Positions 8,655-17,736 of a stretch of DNA of 64,000 bases are shown piece by piece. This DNA is from an uncultured Methylomirabilota bacterium (lineage in GTDB: Bacteria; Methylomirabilota; Methylomirabilia; Methylomirabilales; 2-02-FULL-66-22): positions 512,001 to 576,000 of the forward strand of contig OY970067.1 in the NCBI GenBank assembly GCA_963705305.1. Direction: 5' to 3'. The notes beneath the pieces were generated by a model, which was not told the origin of the DNA, ran no database searches, and saw nothing but the letters and a program-made list of their open reading frames with translations. The position numbers and the translations under genes were made by a program. Each line of letters starts with the position of its first letter. Within the stretch, counting starts at the first letter, position 1.

Positions 8655-9833
8655 TCACCGGATTTTCGCCAGAAGCTCCTCTTTCTCCTCGGCGGGCAAG
8701 AATGCTGCAGTAACCGCGTTCATCGTGACTGCATGTATATCCTGTTTACTAAAGCCAAAATGCTGGACTAGAATGGTGAATTCCTTTGACAGGGTGGTAT
8801 TGCATACAGAAGGATCATCTGTGTTGACTGTCACCACTATGCCGGCATCGTACAGTGTACGAACTGGATGCGACGAAATACTTTGCACAGCGGAAGTCAA
8901 AATATTCGACGTAGGACATAACTCCAGAGGAATCTTCTTCTCTCGAAGAGTACTCATGAGCTCCGGACTCCGAACGGCTGAGAGTCCGTGCCCGATCCTA
9001 TCCGCGGCAATCACTTCAATGGCTTCCTTGATATTTTCCGGTCCAGAGAACTCCCCTGCATGAATTGTCACTGGAAAACCCAGCTGCTTAACCTGGTGAA
9101 AGAAGTCAGCAAACAGCCGCGGCGGATGCCTCTTTTCCTTCCCAGCTAAGTCGAAGCCGACAATGCAATCCTTCTTCATATGCATGACATGGTTCAACAG
9201 CCTCCCGTAGTAGTGCCGTCGCGTAACCTCCGGCACGTACGGAAGATAGTGCCTGGTTAGACTAAGCACCATGCGAACCTTAATCGGCAAGTTGTCCTCG
9301 GCTCGACTGATCCCCATTTCGACGCCCTTGGTGAACTCCTCCAAAGACAAACCCCCATTCAGAACCCCAAAGGGGGACTGCCGGAATTCGACATATAAGA
9401 CGTTGTCTCTTGACGCGTCCTCCGCCGCCTCATAGATGACCCTGGCAATCACTTCTGCATCGACAAATAAATGATTGAGAATGTCTCTCCACGGCCGGAA
9501 AAATTCGGCTAAGCCATTGACGGGCTTGTCAACCTGCATGTAGGTCGTCAGCTGTGTTAGGTTTTCTGCAGGCAATCTTATATTACGTTCCCTAGCGATT
9601 TCTAATACACTTGTAGGGCGAATCGCGCCTGTAAGGTGTCGGTGAAGATCAATTTTGGGAAGGCTCCTCACTTCATCCTCAGAAATCAGGCGCCTCCCGA
9701 AGTTTAGTTGGGGCTGACTATTGTGATTCCGCATACGTTCAAAAACCACTAGGGGTAGCTCTCTGATCGGATGGAGTTTTTCCCTGGGTCGTGGCCATCC
9801 CACGTCAGAGGAGTTAAGCCCATTCTCACTCAC
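8655..9833 (-). CDS. add: adenosine deaminase family protein (start uncertain)
   Basis: PKIDLHRHLTG, GFDLAG.E, TIHAGE, RIGHG, LELCPTSN and NTDDP all intact. Confidence 0.92.
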   Translation of the reverse strand: MSENGLNSSDVGWPRPREKLHPIRELPLVVFERMRNHNSQPQLNFGRRLISEDEVRSLPKIDLHRHLTGAIRPTSVLEIARERNIRLPAENLTQLTTYMQVDKPVNGLAEFFRPWRDILNHLFVDAEVIARVIYEAAEDASRDNVLYVEFRQSPFGVLNGGLSLEEFTKGVEMGISRAEDNLPIKVRMVLSLTRHYLPYVPEVTRRHYYGRLLNHVMHMKKDCIVGFDLAGKEKRHPPRLFADFFHQVKQLGFPVTIHAGEFSGPENIKEAIEVIAADRIGHGLSAVRSPELMSTLREKKIPLELCPTSNILTSAVQSISSHPVRTLYDAGIVVTVNTDDPSVCNTTLSKEFTILVQHFGFSKQDIHAVTMNAVTAAFLPAEEKEELLAKIR

Positions 9834-10467
9834 TTAGAGCAGTCATTACACCTGGGTGCGCTCGATTGTAACCGTAGCTTGGTGGTCACTCTTGATTGCA
9901 GCGACGATGGGAAACGCTCGGTCGATCCAGCTGGGGGAACAGCGATATACGAGGTTCGTTGGTCGGTAGACGAGAAAGGGCTGGAACGTAGGAGCTGCTG
10001 ATTTTCAGGGAGGTGAAACCAGAATAACTCCGCGTCGCCCATGGGTGGCATCTCCCCGGCTTCTCTCGAGGGAAGAAGCCAAACCTCTCGGTTCGGGTCA
10101 AAGCATAGGCATAAGAATATCGAGATCTGCCGGTCTGTCAAGCCGAAAGTTCAGGTCTACCCCGAATCTGTTGCAGCTTCGAATTGGGACCTCGTGATAG
10201 GTTGCGGGAGTCCGACTTCTTTGGACACTTTCCCGAGTCTGTCGCAGGAGCCGCACGGGACTGTTCCGGTTCTAGGCCGCCGGAGGCGATTGGGCGCCCC
10301 GAAGGCACGATTCGAGAGTGCCGGGGGGCCTTCCTGTCCTCCCGACGATCCGAGCAATCGATTCCGCGTAAACTGCTTGGTGTAACGGGGGCAATTTGCT
10401 CAAACACTTCTTCGAAAGGAACCTCTTGCCTCAATCGAATTTCCATTGCGGGCATCTCACCTTTCAT
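9830..10467 (-). pseudogene. multiply frameshifted/degraded coding region upstream of add
   Basis: Protein-like segments alternate between frames (MEIRLRQEVPFEEVFEQIA / PLHQAVYAESIARIVG / LGKVSKEVGLPQP); same low GC as add. Confidence 0.35.
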
Positions 10468-10604
10468 GCTACAAGCTCTCCCATTTTCTCCTTAATACAG
10501 CGGCGCTACGTTTTGTCCCTCCTCCTCGTCATTCTAAGCGTCTTCTCTCATGTCTTTGATTCCGCTGGCTGGCACTTGAGCGGTCCGGGAAGTGCCGCGT
10601 CTTA

Positions 10605-10885
10605 TCACTGGAACTGGCACTGGTTTCCTTCCTTTCGGAGGCGGCCTGCTAGCGGCATATTAAGTGCCACCGCCACCGCATCGAACATGTTCTCGTGGTG
10701 CGCCTGTTTCCATTTCCGGTCCTGCGTCAGATAGACCTTGAGCTCCGGGTACCTGGCCACCACGGCCTTCGCCACGTCGGCCTTGCTCGCGTGGCCGTTG
10801 CCGGTGATGTGTTTCTTGACCCTGCTCGGATTTGGGCTGACGACCTGAAGGCCCTTGCATCGTCCCAGGGTCCGAATCTCACCGT
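10605..10885 (-). pseudogene. C-terminal half of a RuvC-like protein (no start codon)
   Basis: Hand translation EIRTLGRCKGLQVVSPNPSRVKKHITGNGHASKADVAKAVVARYPELKVYL...NMFDAVAVAL; VKK..TG.G.A.K and DA.A.AL are RuvC hallmarks. Confidence 0.7.
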
Positions 10886-10948
10886 TTGAACTCCCAGGCC
10901 GAATCTTACTCTTGCGCTGGCTCCTAGGCCCATGCTATAAGCTCCGTG

Positions 10949-10972
10949 GCGCCGCTTTACAAAGCGACGCTA
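10949..10972 (+). repeat. putative serine-recombinase site, left (dyad around AC core)
   Basis: GCGCCGCTTT-AC-AAAGCGACGC-TA; 22/24 inverted match to 12640-12663. Confidence 0.75.
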
Positions 10973-11006
10973 CCCCCCCTGGTTTTCCACACCCCCCGTC
11001 CCGGCA

Positions 11007-11035
11007 TTGACAGTTTTCGAATCATCCCCTATGCT
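11007..11035 (+). promoter_or_regulatory. sigma70 promoter of the second TA operon
   Basis: TTGACA-17nt-TATGCT. Confidence 0.6.
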
Positions 11036-11087
11036 GAAGGTGGTCAACTAATTGATTGATTAGTCATCTCTCCCCGGAGGGAAGACC

Positions 11088-11393
11088 ATGCCCAAAGCGG
11101 CCAGTGCACCCATGACCAAGAATCTTCCTGCCTTCATCGCCCGGACCCAGTTCGGGCAAATCCTGGAGCGGGTCTCCCAACGGGGGGACCGCTTTGTGGT
11201 GACCAAGAAGGGCGAAGCCAAGGCCGTCATCCTCGGCGTCGAGGACTTCCTGCGGTCCGTGGTCAAGACCCCGAAGTCCCTCGCCGCGCTCCAGGCGCAG
11301 GCGAAAAAGCGCGGGAGCGACCGCCTCACCCTTGAGGAGATCGAGGCCGAGATCGCCGAAGTTCGCCGGGCCAAGACCGCCGCCAAAGCATGA
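11088..11393 (+). CDS. Phd/YefM family antitoxin
   Basis: ARTQFGQILERV....RFVVTKKGEAKAVIL. Confidence 0.88.
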   Translation: MPKAASAPMTKNLPAFIARTQFGQILERVSQRGDRFVVTKKGEAKAVILGVEDFLRSVVKTPKSLAALQAQAKKRGSDRLTLEEIEAEIAEVRRAKTAAKA

Positions 11394-11800
11394 CCCTCCG
11401 GGTGGTCTATGATACCAACGTGATCGTCTCGGCTGCCCTCAAGCCCGGCAGCTTGCCCGCCTCACTCGTCAGCCTGGCCATGACCAGACGAGTGAGGCTT
11501 TTTGTTTCTCTGGCGATTCTCGACGAGTACGCGGCCGTCCTCAGACGGCCTAAATTTCGCCTCGACCCCATACGGATTGACGCCTTCCTGCGGGATCTCC
11601 ACAAAGCCGCCGTCACTGTCCGCCCCTCAGAACGGGTGCGCGAGGCGCCCGACGAGGCCGACAATCGCTTCCTGGAGTGCGCCCTCGCGGCTCAGGCTGA
11701 CTACCTCGTGACCGGCAATAAGAAACACTTCCCGCGGCCGGCCTTTGAACGGACGAAGGTTGTGAGCCCCGCCGAGTTCGCCTTGCTCGTGGTTCGGTAG
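11390..11800 (+). CDS. PIN-domain toxin
   Basis: LRVVYDTNVIVSA...DEADNRFLECA..A.ADYLVTGN.KHF; ATGA overlap with the antitoxin. Confidence 0.92.
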   Translation: MTLRVVYDTNVIVSAALKPGSLPASLVSLAMTRRVRLFVSLAILDEYAAVLRRPKFRLDPIRIDAFLRDLHKAAVTVRPSERVREAPDEADNRFLECALAAQADYLVTGNKKHFPRPAFERTKVVSPAEFALLVVR

Positions 11801-11844
11801 GAGACCTCCGCTCATCCGGCCCTCGGAGCAACCCCCGGCCGCCC

Positions 11845-12609
11845 TTAATCTGACTGCCCCCACAGCTCGAGGCTTTTATTCTGCCCCCTGGCCTCGCCGT
11901 AGCGGAAGACCCCGTCCTGATAGAACCGCGCGCGGCCCAGAATCGCCGCCACCTGCCGCTGGGTCCAGGGTTTCCCGTTCCGCCGCGCCCACCCCGTCTC
12001 GGTCAGGATCTGCGCGATACGCGGGCCACTCTGGCCCCGGCCGGCGAGCGTAAAGATCGTGCGAACGATCTCCGCCTCCGTGGGGTCCACCTCCAGCCCG
12101 TTCCCGTTCCGCCGGTACCCGTAGGGGGTATTGCCTCCCGGTGGGAGCCCGCGGCGTACCCGCTCCTGGCGGCCCTTCCAGAGCCGCTCGATGATCTCCT
12201 TCCGGTTCTCCTCGGCGATGGCGCCCCGGATCTGCCGGATGAGCACGTCCTTCCGGTCTTTCCCGTTGTAGTTCGGCATGTCGGCGATGAGGATGTCCAC
12301 GCCTAACCGTTCGAATTCATAGAACAGGTTCTCGGCCAGCCGGAGATCCCGCGAGAGCCGGTCCAGGGAGGGGAGGACCACCGCCCCGATCCGGCCCCGC
12401 TGGCAGTCCCGGAGGAGCCGCCGGAGGCCCGGCCGATTCTCCGCGATCCCGCTCTCGGCCTCGTCCTTGTAGAACCGCTCAATGAAGATCCCCTGCCGCT
12501 CGGCAAAGAGGGTCACGTCCCGGATCTGGATATCGATGCCGTAGCCCCGCCGCTTCTGCTCCAGGGTGGAGACGCGGCAGTAGGCCACCGTGTGCTTTTT
12601 CCGCTCCAT
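11845..12609 (-). CDS. serine recombinase (resolvase domain + short recombinase domain)
   Basis: AYCRVST catalytic Ser, SLDRLSR, PYGY; GGAGG RBS. Confidence 0.92.
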   Translation of the reverse strand: MERKKHTVAYCRVSTLEQKRRGYGIDIQIRDVTLFAERQGIFIERFYKDEAESGIAENRPGLRRLLRDCQRGRIGAVVLPSLDRLSRDLRLAENLFYEFERLGVDILIADMPNYNGKDRKDVLIRQIRGAIAEENRKEIIERLWKGRQERVRRGLPPGGNTPYGYRRNGNGLEVDPTEAEIVRTIFTLAGRGQSGPRIAQILTETGWARRNGKPWTQRQVAAILGRARFYQDGVFRYGEARGQNKSLELWGQSD

Positions 12610-12639
12610 GCCTCCTCAGAATCATGTTTCGACCTGGCC

Positions 12640-12663
12640 TAGCGCCTCTTTGTAAAGCGGCGC
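12640..12663 (-). repeat. putative serine-recombinase site, right
   Basis: Reverse complement GCGCCGCTTT-AC-AAAGAGGCGC-TA. Confidence 0.75.
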
Positions 12664-12761
12664 TCGACCCGCTTCTCACTCTGCCAGAGGCAGCAGGCAT
12701 GTCAAGTCCGCGGGACCTAGGACCGGAACGGGAACCTCATTCCTCAAGGAGGGCATGTGTC

Positions 12762-13502
12762 ATGAACCTTCGCGTAGTCCTCGTCGGCGCACTCATGGTG
12801 GTGGTGATGATCATCCTGCCGGCTCCCGCCCGGTGTCAAGTCCGGCCGTGGGATGTGTCCCTGGGTGCTTTCGTGGGCGGCGCCCTGCCCTTCGATACCG
12901 ACGTCAAAAGCAGCGGCCAGACCCGGGGCCTCCCGTTCTCGTTCACGGCGAAAGATCTCACTCTGAAGGACTCGGTCTCCTTCGGCGGGAAGCTCACCGG
13001 CTGGTGGACGGGCCTGCGCCCCCGGACCCATCTGGATTTCGGGGCGGGGCTGGATATCACCCGGTTCTACCCGGACATCAAGGCGCAGACGGCCTCCATT
13101 TCGGGGACCATCGGCGGCCTCCCCGTGTCGGGCGTGAGCGCCCCCTGGCCCAAGGTGGGGGTGAGCAGCACGCTCGTCGGGCTCAACGCCCTGGTCCGGT
13201 GGCCCCTGGGGGTCACGCCTGAACTGCCGAATGGCCGATGGTACCCCTACCTTGGCCTGGGCGGGGGGGCGGACATTGCCCGGGCCACCCTGGAGGGGAG
13301 CAGTGACACGGATACCGCCGCCGCACTGCAGGTCCTGGGTGGGGTCACGCTCTTTCTGACCCGGCACCTGGCCCTGTTTGCGGAGTACAAGTTCACCCAC
13401 GCGAGCCACTCCTTCGCGTTCAGCGGCCCGGGCTACCAGGAGACGGACAAGGGTACGGGGGACGTGAATCATCTCGTGGGCGGCCTGGCCTGGCACTTCT
13501 GA
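12762..13502 (+). CDS. outer-membrane beta-barrel protein (OmpA-TM/opacity-like)
   Basis: Signal peptide, PYLGLGGG, LFAEYKF, C-terminal LAWHF aromatic end. Confidence 0.8.
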   Translation: MNLRVVLVGALMVVVMIILPAPARCQVRPWDVSLGAFVGGALPFDTDVKSSGQTRGLPFSFTAKDLTLKDSVSFGGKLTGWWTGLRPRTHLDFGAGLDITRFYPDIKAQTASISGTIGGLPVSGVSAPWPKVGVSSTLVGLNALVRWPLGVTPELPNGRWYPYLGLGGGADIARATLEGSSDTDTAAALQVLGGVTLFLTRHLALFAEYKFTHASHSFAFSGPGYQETDKGTGDVNHLVGGLAWHF

Positions 13503-13538
13503 GAGAAGGGCCGGGGTTGCGGCCTAGGAGGAAGGACG

Positions 13539-13958
13539 ATGCGAACGCTTCTGCTCGTGGTCGTGCTGCTAACGGGGGTCCTGCGCATCGGGGGCATCGC
13601 CGCCGCGCAAACAGCGGGAGGCACGACGGCGCCCCCGCCCCTGGCCGGGGTCTGGAAGGGCACCGCCGCCGGGGGGAGCGCCCTCCAGAACGTCGTGCTG
13701 ACCATCACGGAGACGGGGCAGGTCTCCTACGGGGTGGACGCGGCCTGGGCGCCTCAGATTGCGCTCAACGGCGCGGCCGAGGCCACCGTGGTCGCGCTGA
13801 CGGCCGACACCCTGGTCTTCACGTACCTGTCGCAGCTGCCGAACGGCTCCACGAACACCATTCGGGTGGAGCTGCACCTCGTGGCCGGGCAGCTCGTCGG
13901 CAAACGGGCGGGCGGGGGCGAGGCGCCGCGGTACCTCACCCTGACGCGCACTCCCTGA
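13539..13958 (+). CDS. secreted hypothetical protein (beta-rich)
   Basis: AGGAGG RBS, signal peptide, LAGVWKG motif. Confidence 0.65.
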   Translation: MRTLLLVVVLLTGVLRIGGIAAAQTAGGTTAPPPLAGVWKGTAAGGSALQNVVLTITETGQVSYGVDAAWAPQIALNGAAEATVVALTADTLVFTYLSQLPNGSTNTIRVELHLVAGQLVGKRAGGGEAPRYLTLTRTP

Positions 13959-14004
13959 GGGGGCGCCGGGCTCGCCGCGCCACCCGCGGCACGGAGGGAC
14001 AGCA

Positions 14005-14508
14005 ATGAGACCATGCAGGGGCCGATTGTGGCTCATCACCAGCGTGGCGCTGGTCCTGGCAGGCTGTGCGTCCAGCGGGGTCCTGACCGGCGCCGTCCCG
14101 CCCGCCGGGGGCCTGGGCCGGTTCAAGACGGTCTCCGTCACGGTCGAGTCCCGGCTCGCCGACACCCAGGAGGAGGCGACACGGTTGCAGGCGCTGATCG
14201 TCGCGGGCTTGCAGAAACCGGGACGCTGGCAGGTGGCCGATCAGAACCCGGACCTCGTGCTGACGGCCACCCTGACCGATGTCTATAAAGTCCCGCGGGC
14301 CGCCCGGCTCATCGGGGGCGCGCTGGCCGGTCAGGCCTCCGTCGACGCGGACGTGGTGCTCCGGGACGCGCACGGCGCCGAGGTGAGCCGCTTCCACGTG
14401 ACCGGGAAATCCTCCGGCGGGACGATCTTCGCGGGGACCACGGACCAAGCCCTGGCGCGGGCGGCGGAGCAGGTGGTCGCGTTCATCGAACAGAACGGCG
14501 GCGCGTAA
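14005..14508 (+). CDS. lipoprotein, DUF4410-like
   Basis: LAGC lipobox; ARLIGGALAG motif. Confidence 0.7.
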   Translation: MRPCRGRLWLITSVALVLAGCASSGVLTGAVPPAGGLGRFKTVSVTVESRLADTQEEATRLQALIVAGLQKPGRWQVADQNPDLVLTATLTDVYKVPRAARLIGGALAGQASVDADVVLRDAHGAEVSRFHVTGKSSGGTIFAGTTDQALARAAEQVVAFIEQNGGA

Positions 14509-16023
14509 GCCGCGTTCGGATGTAGGAAAACTTTGCCACCCGCACGGGGGGGAGGGAGCGCGGAGGAACGTCGTTGCCGGGCAGGACTCTCGGGGAGCTG
14601 TTTATGCGGGGAGCCGGATCGAAGGAAGGCACGGTGAACGCTGGAGAGGACAGGCGACGGTTTCCCCGGTGTGCGCGGGTCGGGCCCCCGACAGAACGGG
14701 GAGACGCGGGGGCCAGTCAGCCGCTGCTGATCAACGTGAGCCCCGGCGGGGTGTGTCTGTGGGTGCGCGAGCCGCCCCCCACGGGCCGGCCGTACACGCT
14801 GCATTGGCAGCGGGAGGGGCGGGAGACCGTGGTCCCGCTCCAGCTCGTCTGGCTGCGGCCGTGCCGGCCGGTGCGGGGCACAGAGCCCGACCAGGCCCCC
14901 CAGGGGTGGCTCGCCGGCTTTGCCGTCGCGCCGGCCCCGCCCGGGGCCCCGCGTTCCACGCATCCGCCGGATCTCCCGGTGAGCGGGCCGCTGGAGGTCG
15001 TGTCCCCCGTCGAGCCCGACCGTCCCGCGTCGCCCAACGAGGCGTCCGTTGCGGGGACATACATGATATTCCCCGAGGCGGCCGTCCCCGCGATCCGCGC
15101 GGTGGCGGAGAGTCTCCTCCCTATCCTGGCGCGCCATTTTACGGAGGCCCGCCTGGTCCTCACCCGGGACCGCCTGGAAATTGTGGCCCCCTTTCGGCCG
15201 CTGGCGGAAGGGAGGAGACCCCAGGACCGGGGGCCGGGTCGGCGAGTCCTCCCGGCGGGGACCGAGACCCTCCGCGTGGCCCCCCCGGAGGCGGCCCAGC
15301 CCGCGGCGGCCGGTCGCCTCGCCCGAGCCCGGGGGCGAGGCCGCCCTGGGCGCGTGCTCCTGGCGTCGGCGGGGCTGCTGGCCGTGGTGCTGCTGGCCTG
15401 GCAGATGCTTCCCCCTCTCCGGCAGAGCGATCCGGCCCCCGTCGCCGCGACGGGCGTCCGGCCCCTCCACCGGGCCCTGCCTCCGTGGGCCGCACCCCTG
15501 GCGCCCTCGTCGCCGGAGACGGTGGACCAGTGGAGGGACATCCAGGGCGCGTTCGGCTTGCCCAACGCCCTGATGGCCCCGCTGCTGCGGGTGCTGCAGG
15601 CCAATGATCGATATCCCTCCAGCCACATGCTCCACGATCTGACGGCGTACCCCATGGAGGTGGGACGGGCCTTTCGCATTGTGGCGGGGGCCGGCGCCAC
15701 GGGGCGTCCGGCGCTCGGCCCCCTCACCAAGGACCTGGGGATGCGCCTGGTGACCGGCGCCCGGTTCCCAGACGAACCCGCGGGCGACCGGCATTTGCTC
15801 CTGGACGCGAAGCTGGACGAGAATGCCGTGGTCTTGGCGATTCTTGAGCTGTTGTCGCGGCGGCACGACGACCCGGCGGTGCAGCAGGTCCTCACCGCCC
15901 TCCGGGGCCCGTCGCCCTCTCCCCCGCAGCCGAGGGGCCGTGGGGACCCTGGAGACGCAGCCGACCCCACGCAGCATTAATCATGGACACTCACGCGTTC
16001 ATCGAACAGAACAGCGGCGCGTA
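14478..16023 (+). repeat. 30-bp direct repeats (14478-14507 and 15994-16023) flanking the PilZ gene
   Basis: CGCGTTCATCGAACAGAAC(G/A)GCGGCGCGTA, 29/30 identical. Confidence 0.8.
14634..15980 (+). CDS. PilZ-domain membrane protein
   Basis: DRRRFPR and NVSPGG c-di-GMP-binding motifs; central TM helix. Confidence 0.65.
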   Translation: MNAGEDRRRFPRCARVGPPTERGDAGASQPLLINVSPGGVCLWVREPPPTGRPYTLHWQREGRETVVPLQLVWLRPCRPVRGTEPDQAPQGWLAGFAVAPAPPGAPRSTHPPDLPVSGPLEVVSPVEPDRPASPNEASVAGTYMIFPEAAVPAIRAVAESLLPILARHFTEARLVLTRDRLEIVAPFRPLAEGRRPQDRGPGRRVLPAGTETLRVAPPEAAQPAAAGRLARARGRGRPGRVLLASAGLLAVVLLAWQMLPPLRQSDPAPVAATGVRPLHRALPPWAAPLAPSSPETVDQWRDIQGAFGLPNALMAPLLRVLQANDRYPSSHMLHDLTAYPMEVGRAFRIVAGAGATGRPALGPLTKDLGMRLVTGARFPDEPAGDRHLLLDAKLDENAVVLAILELLSRRHDDPAVQQVLTALRGPSPSPPQPRGRGDPGDAADPTQH

Positions 16024-16209
16024 CGCGTCGGAGGATCGGGATCGCCCCCCGACGGGCGGATGCAGGCCCGCATCTCCGGGGGTCCGGCCATCGGGGAGTC
16101 CCTGAACCAGATCGCCGCCGTGCGGACCGCGATGTCGTACGGGGGACTCTTCCTGAGACGTGCCTGGGGAGCACGGGGCTCAGACGAACGAGCACGGGAG
16201 GATGCCATC

Positions 16210-16386
16210 GTGGCAGAGCTGCTTGTTGTTGGTCTCTGTGTCCCCCTGATCTCCGGCCTCCTCGCCGCGAGGATCGCGGGCGGCGAGGGGCGGAACCCGA
16301 CCCTGTGGTTCGTCATCGGCGCGATCATCCCTATCGTGGCGGTGGCCATCACGTACCTCGTCGCACGAAGAGGAAGGACATCATGA
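16210..16386 (+). CDS. small two-TM membrane protein
   Basis: GGAGG RBS; GRNP.LWF..G motif; ATGA overlap with the next gene. Confidence 0.55.
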   Translation: MAELLVVGLCVPLISGLLAARIAGGEGRNPTLWFVIGAIIPIVAVAITYLVARRGRTS

Positions 16387-17489
16387 ACCGCGTCGTGAAG
16401 ATTTCCGCGTGGACCCTGGCAGCCCTCGCGCTGTCGTGGGTTGTCATCCGGTTCGGCGACTTGCTCTTCGGCTGGGCGCTGTACGGCTGGTTCTTCCGCC
16501 GGATCCAAGGCGTGGGCGTGCTCCCCAACGCCCTCGCCTCGGCCGCCGCCGTCTGGTGCGTCGCCGCGGTCATCATCGCGGGACCGACGGCGTTGCTCTC
16601 CCTGTTCGCCTTCGGCGCACGGCGGCACCGAGCGGTCCTCGCCATCGCGGGCGCCGTGTCGCTCTGGATCGTGTCGCTCTACCTCCTCGCCGGGCTGCGC
16701 CCGGCCGACTACTTCTTCAACCCGGAGAGCGGAGAGACGAACTACTCCTATGGCACGGACCCGACCGGCGCCATCGCGCTCTTCCCGAAGGAGTACCGCT
16801 TCAACCCGCTGACCGGTGCGAAGCTGGCGCCTCTCGATGCCGCCACCGGTGAGGCATACCGCAGGCAACAGGGCGTTCGGGAAGCACAACTGAAGCAGGC
16901 CGAGGTGCTTCGCCAGGAACAAGCCCAGCTCGCGACCGCCCAGGCGGAACTCCACCGGCAGCAAGCGGCGCTCCGCGACCAGCAGGACACGCTTGCCCAA
17001 CGGGAACGGGCGGTTGCCGCGAGAGCCGAGGAGGAAAAAACACGCGCCGGCACGCCCGCCCCGCACACCACAATTCCCGCGACCCCCTCGGAACCATCGG
17101 ACCGCGTGGGGCCCGCCCTCGAGGTGACGCCACCGACGACCATCACCTTCAACCCTGGGGTTGTGTGTCGGGGAGACGAGCGGAAAACCCTGAACTACGC
17201 CGTCGACATCGACAAAGAAACCATCGTCGTTCCTCTGACGGAGGGGTGCTACGGGCCGCTCGTGATCCTCCCGGATACGAATCGCTGGCGGCCCTACTGG
17301 AAGTTTCGGAATGCCACCACGGCGGCAGGATGGGTCGCATTCTTGTCGTCACAGAAAGAGACCGATCCGATCGGCCTGCCCACGAAAAATCCAGGGAGGC
17401 TCTCGACGGGATTCGGCATGGGGTGGTATGGGATCTACGCCTTTCGAGTCCAGGGCCACGGGACCGTGCGCCTGGAAGTCAACAACTAG
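16383..17489 (+). CDS. multi-TM + coiled-coil hypothetical protein
   Basis: Three to four hydrophobic helices, Gln-rich coiled coil, soluble C-terminal domain. Confidence 0.7.
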   Translation: MNRVVKISAWTLAALALSWVVIRFGDLLFGWALYGWFFRRIQGVGVLPNALASAAAVWCVAAVIIAGPTALLSLFAFGARRHRAVLAIAGAVSLWIVSLYLLAGLRPADYFFNPESGETNYSYGTDPTGAIALFPKEYRFNPLTGAKLAPLDAATGEAYRRQQGVREAQLKQAEVLRQEQAQLATAQAELHRQQAALRDQQDTLAQRERAVAARAEEEKTRAGTPAPHTTIPATPSEPSDRVGPALEVTPPTTITFNPGVVCRGDERKTLNYAVDIDKETIVVPLTEGCYGPLVILPDTNRWRPYWKFRNATTAAGWVAFLSSQKETDPIGLPTKNPGRLSTGFGMGWYGIYAFRVQGHGTVRLEVNN

Positions 17490-17736
17490 CCCGGCAGCGA
17501 AACCCAGGGCGCGTTTCACTGGAACAAGGATGAAAAAACCCTCCTGGGGAGACGGGGGGTTGCGTGGCGACGCGCCCCACACCATCTGTGCCGGAGGCTT
17601 GTCTCTTGCATGCGAGTCGGCGCAAACCGCCCAGAGGCAACTGTGCTGGCACGTTGTGCCGGCGTTCGTGAGGTGGTGGCCTTGTACGCGGGGGCGCAGT
17701 AGGACCACGCCAGGATCCTCTGCGTCGTTCGCTTTG

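Noticed and set aside
8655..9833. Canonical RADAR or Kongming system
   Set aside because: The deaminase is classical Add size, and no RdrA ATPase, HAM1-like or Sir2 gene is adjacent
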